Position numbers and translations under genes: made by a program. Source: Candidatus Omnitrophota bacterium (lineage in GTDB: Bacteria; Omnitrophota; Gorgyraeia; B26-G9). Taken from it: a DNA stretch of 60,993 nucleotides. The notes beneath the pieces were generated by a model. It worked only from the letters and a program-made list of their open reading frames with translations, ran no database searches and had not been told where the DNA came from. Location of the stretch: contig JACQZH010000012.1 in assembly GCA_016213925.1 (NCBI GenBank), positions 1-60,993 of the forward strand, read 5' to 3'. Positions 18,869 to 27,948 of this stretch are shown piece after piece (within the stretch, counting starts at the first letter, position 1; each line of letters opens with the position of its first letter).

Positions 18869-20896
18869 ATGAGTGCTGAATTTAAAAAATGGGAAAAACC
18901 GGTGAAAGGTTCATCGGATGAAAAAGAAATAGTTGATTTGCTTAAAACATTTTCTTCGACCTTGCGCAAGATACCTTTATATCCGCAGAGCCATCCGATG
19001 GTTAAGGAGTCTATTTTAAAACTTTTTCTAGCGTTGGATAAATATACGAAACTATTTGGCAGGATAAGTTTGGATATTTTTGAGAATAATATTATATTTT
19101 GCGAGGAGCAACTTGATGAATTGCAGGCGCAGCTTAAGGATTTAATTGCTGATTTTAATAAAATGTCTCTTGGCGGAATCTCTTTTTCCCCGGGGATTAA
19201 AGAGTCGGAAATAGAGAATTTTTTAAAAATACTTACAAGAAAGCAGGAAGTTATTGCTGAACAGGGCGGGTTAAAGAATATTTTGGAAAAAGAAAATATT
19301 TTGAATATATCATTGAATGAAATACGTTATGCCCGGGTTAAAGACGGAGAGGAAATAACAAAAAAAGAAAATGTCGGTAGCGGAGGCTTTGCAGAAGGCG
19401 GTTTCGAAGCCGGTAAGAAAAGTGACGATGACATAGTTGCCAGAGTAAGTGAATTTTTCAGCGGGAAAAACGAGGATATCCCGGATAAGGAAGTTATTTC
19501 CTATGAATTAAAGAAAAATTCAAGGCGTTTAGTAAAACAATTACTTGAACTTATCGGTCCGGAAAAAGCCGTAGATGAGATATTGCGGATTATAGAGGAA
19601 CGGTTTGATAAGGCAGGTTTTTCAAAAGAAGAGAAAGATATTTATGTGGAGAAATTAAAAACCCAAGTGATTAAGCTCAAAGGGCCGAAAGTTACAAAAC
19701 AGCAGTTGCAAAAAGAACTTAAGATGTTACGTGATGAAAATGAAAGATTGAAGAAGAGAATGCATGGAGTGGACAGCGCGGTTAAACAGGCAGTTAATCA
19801 GGCGACTAAAGAGCTGGCTGAGGATAATTTCAAGATTAAACGGGAAAAACAGAAAATAAATTCGGTATTGCGCCATGTAGCCGAGGGGCTGGTTATTGTT
19901 GATAATGAGGGTAAAGTCCTTTTGCTTAATCCCGCGGCTGAGGAACTTTTCGGAGAGTCCAAAGAGAAAAAAATCGGTAAACACATTCTTGAAGGGCTCA
20001 AAGAGGAGCAGATGGTAAGTTTATCAAAAGATTATCATTCAGAAAAGGAGTTTGAGATAGAAGTAGCAGGAAGCGACCATGCAAAAAAAACGCTTCGGGC
20101 AAGTACGGCTGTTATTGAGAGCCCGGACGGAGAGACAATCGGCATGGTTTCTGTTTTAAGCGATATTACCAAACAAAAGGAACTTGAGCGGATGAAAGAT
20201 GCTTTTGTTTCAAATGTTACACATGATCTTAGGGCTCCATTGATTTCAATACAAAAAAGCCTTTCTCTAATATTGGAAGCGGCGCAAGATAAAATGCCTG
20301 ATGAACAAAAACAATTTCTTCAGATTGCTAACAACAATGCTACCAGGCTGATGAATCTGGTTAATGATTTACTTGATATATCGAAATTGGAGTCAGGAAA
20401 GAAGCGTTTGGAATATCAGCATGTCCCGTTGGTTTCAGTGGTTGATGGCGTATTTGATCTCTTAGGGGCTTGGGCTCAAAGCCGTAAGATTGAATTAAAA
20501 AAAACAGGTCTTGAGAATATTGAGGCTGATGTTGATGCTAAGCTGTTGACTCAGGCGTTATCGAACCTTATAGGTAACGCAGTAAAGTTTACTCCGGAAA
20601 ACGGCACGGTAACCGTTTCCGCAGAGGTAGTGGATCATAAGCTGCGGCTTGCAGTTAGCGATACCGGATGCGGGATCCCTAAAGATAGTTTTGAGAGAAT
20701 TTTTGAAAAATTTGAGCAGGCTAAAAATATTCCTTCAGGGAAAGTGCCAAAAGGTACAGGGCTTGGGCTTTCAATCGTAAAAGAGATAGTCAAACTGCAT
20801 GGAGGTGAGATTTTAGTTGAAAGTGAAATAGGCAAAGGAAGTAAATTCACAATGGTTTTACCTAAAGAAAAAGAGGTTCTTGATATTCGTGACTAA
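18869..20896 (+). CDS. Cytoplasmic PAS-domain sensor histidine kinase
   Basis: No TM segment. Unassigned N-terminal domain, coiled coil, PAS (VAEGLVIVDNEGKVLLLNPAAEELFG), H-box FVSNVTHDLRAPL and an HATPase domain (GTGLGLSIVKEIV). Confidence 0.8.
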   Translation: MSAEFKKWEKPVKGSSDEKEIVDLLKTFSSTLRKIPLYPQSHPMVKESILKLFLALDKYTKLFGRISLDIFENNIIFCEEQLDELQAQLKDLIADFNKMSLGGISFSPGIKESEIENFLKILTRKQEVIAEQGGLKNILEKENILNISLNEIRYARVKDGEEITKKENVGSGGFAEGGFEAGKKSDDDIVARVSEFFSGKNEDIPDKEVISYELKKNSRRLVKQLLELIGPEKAVDEILRIIEERFDKAGFSKEEKDIYVEKLKTQVIKLKGPKVTKQQLQKELKMLRDENERLKKRMHGVDSAVKQAVNQATKELAEDNFKIKREKQKINSVLRHVAEGLVIVDNEGKVLLLNPAAEELFGESKEKKIGKHILEGLKEEQMVSLSKDYHSEKEFEIEVAGSDHAKKTLRASTAVIESPDGETIGMVSVLSDITKQKELERMKDAFVSNVTHDLRAPLISIQKSLSLILEAAQDKMPDEQKQFLQIANNNATRLMNLVNDLLDISKLESGKKRLEYQHVPLVSVVDGVFDLLGAWAQSRKIELKKTGLENIEADVDAKLLTQALSNLIGNAVKFTPENGTVTVSAEVVDHKLRLAVSDTGCGIPKDSFERIFEKFEQAKNIPSGKVPKGTGLGLSIVKEIVKLHGGEILVESEIGKGSKFTMVLPKEKEVLDIRD

Positions 20897-22679
20897 TTCG
20901 TCGGGCGGTTTTTTTTCTATAAAGGATTTTTTGCTTAATGTACGCAAGCCGGCTAGGTATATTGGTTCAGAATTTAATGTTGTTATTAAACCCCTAAGCA
21001 GTTCATCCATAAATTTTGTTTTGTGTTTTCCTGATGTTTACGAAATAGGGATGAGCCATTTGGGGATAAAGATTCTTTATCATATTCTCAATAAGCAGGA
21101 TGATGTTTATTGCGAACGCTGTTTTGCTCCCTGGACGGATATGGAAGAGCAAATGCGCGAGCATAAAGTGCCGCTTTTCAGCCTAGAAACTCAGCGTCCA
21201 TTGAACGAGTTTGATATTATTGGATTTTCCCTTCAGTATGAACTAAGTTATACTAATGTGCTGAACATGCTTGAATTATCAGGCTTGCCGCTTTATTCCA
21301 GAGAGAGAACCTATCATCCAATAATTATTGCCGGCGGGCCTGGCTCTTACAATCCTGAGCCGATGGCTCCTTTCATCGATGCTTTTTTTATCGGAGAGGC
21401 AGAAGAATCGCTGCTTGAGTTGACACAGGTATACCGAAGTTTTAAAAAAAACTGTATCTTGTCTGAGAATGTCGACGGGGATTTTTTGAAAAAGGCTAGA
21501 ATAGATCTTTTAACCAGTATTTCCAGAATAGATGGGGTATATGTGCCAAGATTTTATGAGCAGTCTTATGATGAAGAAGGCAATAGTCATGTGGTTGCTC
21601 TTTCAAGCGGTTTTCCGAAAAAGATTAACCGCCGTTTTATTCCTGATCTTGATAAGGCTGATTTCTTTACTGCTCCGTTGGTCCCAAATGTGGAAATTGT
21701 TCACGACCGTGTAAGTATAGAGATTATGAGAGGTTGCCCCAACCGTTGTTTTTTTTGTCAAGCGGCATTTGCAATTAATCCAGTGCGCGTACGCAGTGTT
21801 GAAAATTTGATTAAGATTGTAAAAGATACATATAAGAACACTGGATATGATGAGCTGTCGCTGTGTGCGCTTTCAAGTGCGGATTATCCTTATCTAAAAA
21901 ATTTGATATCCAGGTTATATCCATTTTGTGCCCAAAAGGGTATTGGGATTTCCTTGCCTTCTTTGCGTGTCGATAAGGAATTTTTGGAGATAATCCCTTT
22001 GCTTTCGGGATTAAAAAAAAGCGGGCTTACCTTTGCTCCTGAAGCAGGGAGTTTGCGTTTGCGTTGTTTGATAAATAAAAGTATTGATATTGAGCAGCTT
22101 AAAAATGCCGCGTTAACAGCTTATCGAAATGGATGGAAAAGAATAAAATTGTATTTTATGATTGGATTACCTACAGAGCAAACAGAAGATTTATTAAGTA
22201 TAATTGAAATGATAGAGGAGTTTTCTTTAATGAGAAAGCAGGTTGACGGACGCAGAGGGCAGATCAGCGTGGGGATTTCTAATTTTATACCTAAGCCTCA
22301 TACACCGTTGCAATGGTTGGGGATGCAGACGATGGAACAGTTTCAGCAAAAACAGGCTTTTTTACGCAGCCGGATTAATACGAAAAATATTGAGGTTGAT
22401 TTTCATAATGCTGAGATGAGTTTTCTTGAAGCGTATTTCTGCCGTTCTGACCGCAGGGCGGCAGCCCTTATAAAGAGAGCTTTTGAATTAGGAGCTCGTT
22501 TTGATGCTTGGCAGAGCGAGTTTAACTTTTCTATTTGGCAGCAGGCTGCTGATAAAGAGAATATAAATATGGAAACTTTCGTATATAAAAGGATAGAAAA
22601 AAAAGCGCCTTTAGTGTGGGAACATATTTACTGCGGTGTAGAAAAAGAACTTTTGTCACAAAAACTTCCGCTGATTTAG
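20880..22679 (+). CDS. B12-binding-domain radical SAM protein (TIGR03960-like family)
   Basis: CxxxCxxC cluster MRGCPNRCFFCQA and N-terminal VRKPARYIGSEFN typical of this family. The exact start is uncertain (TTG 20880 or GTG 20889, overlapping the kinase stop). Confidence 0.75.
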   Translation: MIFVTNSSGGFFSIKDFLLNVRKPARYIGSEFNVVIKPLSSSSINFVLCFPDVYEIGMSHLGIKILYHILNKQDDVYCERCFAPWTDMEEQMREHKVPLFSLETQRPLNEFDIIGFSLQYELSYTNVLNMLELSGLPLYSRERTYHPIIIAGGPGSYNPEPMAPFIDAFFIGEAEESLLELTQVYRSFKKNCILSENVDGDFLKKARIDLLTSISRIDGVYVPRFYEQSYDEEGNSHVVALSSGFPKKINRRFIPDLDKADFFTAPLVPNVEIVHDRVSIEIMRGCPNRCFFCQAAFAINPVRVRSVENLIKIVKDTYKNTGYDELSLCALSSADYPYLKNLISRLYPFCAQKGIGISLPSLRVDKEFLEIIPLLSGLKKSGLTFAPEAGSLRLRCLINKSIDIEQLKNAALTAYRNGWKRIKLYFMIGLPTEQTEDLLSIIEMIEEFSLMRKQVDGRRGQISVGISNFIPKPHTPLQWLGMQTMEQFQQKQAFLRSRINTKNIEVDFHNAEMSFLEAYFCRSDRRAAALIKRAFELGARFDAWQSEFNFSIWQQAADKENINMETFVYKRIEKKAPLVWEHIYCGVEKELLSQKLPLI

Positions 22680-22701
22680 CCTGAACCAGCAGGTTTTTCT
22701 A

Positions 22702-22730
22702 TCATTTTCCTGTCATTTCCTATCATTTGA
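22702..22730 (+). promoter_or_regulatory. Three helically phased direct repeats (TCATTTTCC / TCATTTCC / TCATTTGA; spacing 11 and 10 nt) abutting a -35 hexamer
   Basis: Read directly. The repeats start at 22702, 22713 and 22723, and TTGACT follows at 22731. Confidence 0.5.
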
Positions 22731-22759
22731 TTGACTTTAGAGAGTGGGTGTGTTATATT
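22731..22759 (+). promoter_or_regulatory. Sigma-70-type promoter candidate for the pilT block
   Basis: TTGACT, 17-nt spacer, TATATT, about 118 nt upstream of the pilT ATG. Confidence 0.55.
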
Positions 22760-22876
22760 CTTTTTAAATTCATCTATGGTAATCTGGAGATGAAGTGGGA
22801 TTTATTAGGAAAGGAATGTAGTTGCGGATATTAGTCCAAAGGTCTTTACATATTACTATTTTCAGGAGAACAAAAG

Positions 22877-23953
22877 ATGTCTTTGACGCTGATTGAATTG
22901 CTTAAAGAAATGACGGAACGCAATGCTTCGGACTTGCACATTCATACAGATTCGCCTCCACAACTAAGAATTAATTCCAGGCTTGTATCTATTGATGGCG
23001 CGGAAGTACTTTTCGCAGGGCAAACTAAAGAGCTGGTTTACTCTAACTTGACAGAGGGAGAAAAAAATAAATTTGAAGAAAAGAAGGAATTGGATAAGGC
23101 TTTTAGCATTGGAGGAGTAGCCCGGTTTCGCATGAATGTGTTTTATCATCGTAACGCAGTTTGCGCGGCGATACGGGCGCTTCCGATAACTATCCCTGAT
23201 TTTAAGTCTCTTGGACTGCCGGAGGAACAATTAAATTCAATCTGCCGTATGAAGAGGGGATTAGTTTTGGTTACCGGAGCAACGGGAGTAGGAAAAACAA
23301 CTACATTGGCTTCAATAATTGACAGGATTAATATAGAACGCAGTTGCCATATAGTTACTATTGAAGATCCTGTGGAAATAGTGCATAAGAACAAGAAAAG
23401 TATTGTCACTCAAAGAGAAGTTGGTATAGATACCTGCTCTTTTGGAGATGCCTTGAAATTTGTTTTGAGGCAGGATCCTGATGTAATTCTTATCGGAGAG
23501 ATGCGTGACTTAGAAACAATCAGCGCGGCTTTGAATATCGCGGAAACAGGGCATTTAGTATTTGCTACTTTGCATACTACAGATTGCGTGCAGACAATTA
23601 ATCGGATTATTGATGTTTTCCCTGCGTCCGCGCAATCTCAAGTGCGTACGCAGCTTTCATATGTTTTGGTTGCTACTATTTCCCAGAATTTGATTCCCCG
23701 CGCGGATAATACAGGGAGATGTTTAGCTGTGGAAACTATGGTAACTAATTTGGCAATTAGAGCAATGATGAGAGAAGAAAAGATCCATCAGATTTTTTCT
23801 TTGATCCAAACAGGGCAAAAAGACGGCATGAAAACGATGAATCATGCGCTTTATGAATTATATAAGCAGGGAGCGATTTCTTATCAAGAAGCAGCAGCGC
23901 ATGTTACGGACCATGAAGATTTTATGCGCTGCTTTAAAGGTACACAAAAATAA
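22877..23953 (+). CDS. pilT: Type IV pilus retraction ATPase PilT (paralogue 1)
   Basis: 358 aa. ASDLHI.., Walker A GATGVGKTT, Asp box/Walker B LRQDPDVILIGEMRD, His box GHLVFATLHT, and a C-terminal AIRAMMRE PilT-type motif. Confidence 0.85.
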   Translation: MSLTLIELLKEMTERNASDLHIHTDSPPQLRINSRLVSIDGAEVLFAGQTKELVYSNLTEGEKNKFEEKKELDKAFSIGGVARFRMNVFYHRNAVCAAIRALPITIPDFKSLGLPEEQLNSICRMKRGLVLVTGATGVGKTTTLASIIDRINIERSCHIVTIEDPVEIVHKNKKSIVTQREVGIDTCSFGDALKFVLRQDPDVILIGEMRDLETISAALNIAETGHLVFATLHTTDCVQTINRIIDVFPASAQSQVRTQLSYVLVATISQNLIPRADNTGRCLAVETMVTNLAIRAMMREEKIHQIFSLIQTGQKDGMKTMNHALYELYKQGAISYQEAAAHVTDHEDFMRCFKGTQK

Positions 23954-23971
23954 TTTATTGCGGAGATAGTT

Positions 23972-24379
23972 ATGAGTGAAAAAATTAAAGTATTACTGAT
24001 TGATGATGATGCAGATTTTATCAATATGATGCAATTATGGCTTTCAGGCAAAGGGTTTAGCGTTGATGTGCTTTATAACGGGGAGGAAGTTGTTGATAAA
24101 GTAAAAAATAACGGTTATCAAATTATGTTTCTTGATCTGAATTTACCTGGCCAGAACGGCCTTGAGATTCTTAGTGAGATAAGAATATTCAGTAAAATTC
24201 CAGTGATTATTTTCAGCGCGTTTGGTACAAAAGACAGAATTAAACAGGCTACAGAATTAGGGATATCAGGTTTTTTTGCTAAAGAAAAAGGTTTTGATGA
24301 AGCAGCGCGGATGATTTATACGGCTTTGAGAATCCATAAGGGGTTGTCCAGGTTATCAGAAGAAGAAGGGAGATCTTAA
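23972..24379 (+). CDS. Single-domain CheY-like response regulator
   Basis: 135 aa. LLIDDD acidic pocket, phospho-acceptor context MFLDLNLPG, no output domain. Sits between the two pilT genes. Confidence 0.8.
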   Translation: MSEKIKVLLIDDDADFINMMQLWLSGKGFSVDVLYNGEEVVDKVKNNGYQIMFLDLNLPGQNGLEILSEIRIFSKIPVIIFSAFGTKDRIKQATELGISGFFAKEKGFDEAARMIYTALRIHKGLSRLSEEEGRS

Positions 24380-24380
24380 T

Positions 24381-25445
24381 ATGACAGCGGAAATAGCAAA
24401 ATTATTACACATATTGATCGAGCGGAATGCTTCTGATCTGCATTTAGGAGCGGGGTCTCCTGCTTATCTGCGTATTGATGAGAAGATTATCCCTGTAAAT
24501 GATAAAATTTTATCTTCTGCTGACGTTCAGGAATTAATTTTTAGTATTTTATCTCCGGAAGACGTAAAACGTTTTAAGTCGGAAAAAGAACTTGACATGT
24601 CTTTTGAAATTGACGGGTTGAGCCGGTTTCGCGTTAATGTTTTTTTTCAAAGGGGGCATGTGGGGGCGGCTTTACGCGTGATACCTTTTAAAATTCTTTC
24701 TTTTGCTGAATGCGGCTTGCCGGTTAAAATCGTTACGGATCTTTCCACTAAACCTAAAGGGCTGGTACTGGTAACCGGAGCTACGGGGTCCGGCAAATCA
24801 ACAACGCTTGCTTCTATCATCGACCATATAAATGAGGAAAGGCCGTGCCATATTATTACCGTTGAGGATCCGATTGAATTTGTGCATAAAAATAAGCAGG
24901 CAGTTATTGACCAAAGAGAAGTTGGACAGGATACGAAAAGTTTTGCCGCGGCTTTAAAGCATGTTTTGCGTCAGGACCCGGATGTTATTCTAGTCGGAGA
25001 AATGCGGGATTTGGAAACTATCGAGGCGGCATTAACAATAGCGGAAACCGGCCATTTGGTTTTCGCGACACTGCATACTTCTGATGCTGTGCAGACTATA
25101 AACAGAATCATAGATGTTTTTCCTTCTCATCAGCAGCAGCAAGTGCGTACGCAGTTATCATTTGTATTGCAGGGGATACTTTCTCAGCAATTGATACCAA
25201 AAGTTGGCGGCACAGGACGTGTATTAGCGTGTGAAGTTATGCTGGGAACTCCTGCGGTTAAGAGTATGGTAAGAGAGCAAAAAGTTCATCAGATCTATTC
25301 TATAATTCAAACCTCTCAAAAAGAGGGGATGCGGACGATGAATCAATCTATCTATAACTTATATTCGGAAAAAATAGTCAGTTACGAAAGTGCTATTGCC
25401 CGCTCGACTGATCCGGAAGATTTGATAAGGTTGTTTAAGAGGTAA
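24381..25445 (+). CDS. pilT: Type IV pilus retraction ATPase PilT (paralogue 2)
   Basis: 354 aa. Walker A GATGSGKST, LRQDPDVILVGEMRD and GHLVFATLHT. Confidence 0.9.
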   Translation: MTAEIAKLLHILIERNASDLHLGAGSPAYLRIDEKIIPVNDKILSSADVQELIFSILSPEDVKRFKSEKELDMSFEIDGLSRFRVNVFFQRGHVGAALRVIPFKILSFAECGLPVKIVTDLSTKPKGLVLVTGATGSGKSTTLASIIDHINEERPCHIITVEDPIEFVHKNKQAVIDQREVGQDTKSFAAALKHVLRQDPDVILVGEMRDLETIEAALTIAETGHLVFATLHTSDAVQTINRIIDVFPSHQQQQVRTQLSFVLQGILSQQLIPKVGGTGRVLACEVMLGTPAVKSMVREQKVHQIYSIIQTSQKEGMRTMNQSIYNLYSEKIVSYESAIARSTDPEDLIRLFKR

Positions 25446-25450
25446 ATGAA

Positions 25451-26065
25451 ATGGCTTTAAAAAAAACAAAAACTAAGCAGTTAGGGCTTATTTTAGTCGA
25501 AAAAAAGTTATTAACCCAGGAACAGGTTGATAAAGCGCTGGAAATTCAGCTAAAGGAAGGCGGGTTGCTTGGGCAAATACTGGTTAAACTCGGATTTGTT
25601 ACTCAAGAGCAGATAGACAATTGTATAAATGAGCAAACGGTTGATACTCCGAAATTAGAAAACGTGCTTAGGGAAATGGGGATAATTTCCGAAGCTGATT
25701 TTGCTAAAATTATCGTAAAACAAAAAAACGAAGGCGGCTCTTTTGCGAAAGCAATTACAAGCATAGGAATACTCAGCGAAGAAGATTTGGTAAGCACCCT
25801 GGTGACGCAATTTGGGTTCCCATATCTGCCTTTGTCGAATTATGATATCGATGCGGAAATAGTTAAGTTTGTCCCTAAAAAAACCGCTCAGGAATTTTGC
25901 CTCATTCCAGTAGATAAAATAGGTAATATTCTTACCTTAGCTATGGTGGATCCGCTTAATGCCGAAGCAAAAGACGGCATTAGAAAAATCACCGGCTTGA
26001 ATGTGGAAGCTTTTATTTCTACTTTTTCCGATATAACTAATGCGATAAGTAAATATTACGTTTAA
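25451..26065 (+). CDS. Stand-alone MshEN x2 / T2SSE_N (GspE N-terminal) domain protein without an ATPase domain
   Basis: QLGLILVEKKLLTQEQVDKALEIQ-LKEGG-LLGQILVKLGFVTQEQIDNCINEQ, then a second module KLENVLREMGIISEADFAKIIVKQ-KNEGG-SFAKAITSIGILSEEDLVSTLVTQ. These merge into a T2SSE_N core (..PVDKIGNILTLAMVDPLN..). Confidence 0.7.
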   Translation: MALKKTKTKQLGLILVEKKLLTQEQVDKALEIQLKEGGLLGQILVKLGFVTQEQIDNCINEQTVDTPKLENVLREMGIISEADFAKIIVKQKNEGGSFAKAITSIGILSEEDLVSTLVTQFGFPYLPLSNYDIDAEIVKFVPKKTAQEFCLIPVDKIGNILTLAMVDPLNAEAKDGIRKITGLNVEAFISTFSDITNAISKYYV

Positions 26066-26087
26066 AGAATATTTTCTGGAGTTTTAA

Positions 26088-27803
26088 GTGATGGTTCAAA
26101 GTATAAAAGAAAAAATTCTTGAAGTTTTAACAAGGTCAAACTTTTTAACTAAAGAGCAGTTGGATGAAGCTGTCGCAGCGCAGAAAAAAACAGGCAGGCA
26201 ATTGAGTGAAGTGCTGACAACAATGGGCTATATGAGTCAAAAGGATCTTGTAATTGTTCTTAGTCAAAGCCTGAATATCCCTCCTATCAATCTTAAAAAA
26301 GTTAAAATTGATTCTAGTGTTATCGGAATTATTCCGCGGGAGATGGCGGAGAAGTATCAGGCTATAGCAGTTTCGAAAATAGGAAAAATTGTGACGGTTG
26401 CGATGGTGGATCCATTGAACGTGCTTGCGATTGATGAACTGAAAGTTTTGACTAATTATGAAATTAAAATTGTTATCGCAATGCCTGAAGAATTAAAAGC
26501 AGCAATAAATACCTTTTACAGCGAATCAGCTAATGAACAGATAAAAGGGTTTATAGACAATGTTAAAGAAATGGATTTGGAACTGATTGAGGAAAAAATA
26601 GATGCCGAAGTTACGGTTAACACGCAAAAGCTGCTTCGCGATATTGAGGATGCTCCTGTAGTTAAAGTTACGAATATGATATTGACTGAGGCAATAAAAC
26701 ATAAGGCAAGCGATGTGCTTATCGAACCTCAAGAGAAGGGATTGCGCTTGCGGTACCGTTTGGATGGAATTTTGCATGAATTTCCCGGGCCGCCAAAATC
26801 AATGCATGAGGCAATAGTTTCCCGAATTAAAGTTATGGCTGTATTGAATATTGCTGAACACCGTTTGCCTCAAGACGGACGTTTTAAGATAAAAGTTAAT
26901 GAACGCGAAGTTGATTTTCGTGTTTCAATAATGCCTTCAAGTCACGGGGAAAAAGTGGCGCTGCGGGTACTAGATAAGTCAGTAGTAGTTTTAGACATTG
27001 ACCGGATGGGGTTTGAAGCTGATCCGCTGAAAAAAATAAAAGAGTTGGCAATGGAGCCGCATGGGATGATGCTTATTTGCGGGCCTACCGGCAGCGGGAA
27101 GTCGACTACCTTGTATAGTATTTTGAAATATATTGACGATCCGGAGAAGAACCTATGTTCAGCAGAAGACCCTGTCGAATATCAGTTAGAAGGCATTAAT
27201 CAAGTGAACGTTAATCCTGATGTCGGGCTTACTTTTGCTGCTGCTTTGCGTTCTTTTTTACGGCAGGACCCTGATGTGATTATGGTCGGGGAAATTCGCG
27301 ATGTGGAAACTTTGGATATCGGAATAAAAGCTGCGCTTACCGGGCATTTGGTATTAAGTACGCTACATACAACCGAGGCAGCTGGAGCGATAACAAGAAT
27401 GGTTAATATGGGGATCGAACCTTTTTTGATAACCTCTTCGTGTATTTTAGTATGCGCGCAGCGGTTAATCCGCCGGATATGCGAAAAGTGTAAAATATCT
27501 TATCCGATCTCTGAACAAACTAGGGATAAATTTAAAATTCCGGATAAATTCACTGAATTATATAAAGGCAAAGGATGCGAAAAATGCGATAATACCGGAT
27601 ATGCTGGCAGGGTCGGCCTTTGCGAGGTTTTAGTTTTAACTCCGGATATCAGGGACTTGATTATGGCAAAAGCCCAAGAGAATGTTATTAAGGCTAAGGC
27701 TCGCGAGGAAGGTATGGCAACGTTACGGGAAAATGGAGTAACAAAAGCTTTAAAAGGTATTACAACTTTAGAAGAAGTTACCAGATTAACGATTTCTGAC
27801 TAA
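26088..27803 (+). CDS. pilB: Type IV pilus extension ATPase PilB/GspE family (paralogue 1)
   Basis: MshEN-like N-terminus, T2SSE_N, Walker A GPTGSGKST, LRQDPDVIMVGEIRD, GHLVLSTLHT, and a tetracysteine motif CEKC...CEKC. GTG 26088 or ATG 26091. Confidence 0.9.
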   Translation: MMVQSIKEKILEVLTRSNFLTKEQLDEAVAAQKKTGRQLSEVLTTMGYMSQKDLVIVLSQSLNIPPINLKKVKIDSSVIGIIPREMAEKYQAIAVSKIGKIVTVAMVDPLNVLAIDELKVLTNYEIKIVIAMPEELKAAINTFYSESANEQIKGFIDNVKEMDLELIEEKIDAEVTVNTQKLLRDIEDAPVVKVTNMILTEAIKHKASDVLIEPQEKGLRLRYRLDGILHEFPGPPKSMHEAIVSRIKVMAVLNIAEHRLPQDGRFKIKVNEREVDFRVSIMPSSHGEKVALRVLDKSVVVLDIDRMGFEADPLKKIKELAMEPHGMMLICGPTGSGKSTTLYSILKYIDDPEKNLCSAEDPVEYQLEGINQVNVNPDVGLTFAAALRSFLRQDPDVIMVGEIRDVETLDIGIKAALTGHLVLSTLHTTEAAGAITRMVNMGIEPFLITSSCILVCAQRLIRRICEKCKISYPISEQTRDKFKIPDKFTELYKGKGCEKCDNTGYAGRVGLCEVLVLTPDIRDLIMAKAQENVIKAKAREEGMATLRENGVTKALKGITTLEEVTRLTISD

Positions 27804-27948
27804 AAGAGGTTCAGCCAGTCCTGTAGAGTTCTGGGCGGGCATGATTGAGCCGTTTGGTCGGAAAAAGAGAAAGATGCTACGGTTTTATCATAAGAAATTC
27901 CTTTGAAATTTTCAGGGATAAGGTTTCGCAATCTGGTCAGTGGGGGCT

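Noticed and set aside
22680-22700. A Rho-independent terminator after the radical SAM gene (CCTG aaccag CAGG TTTTT).
   Set aside because: The stem is only 4 bp, which is too weak to call.
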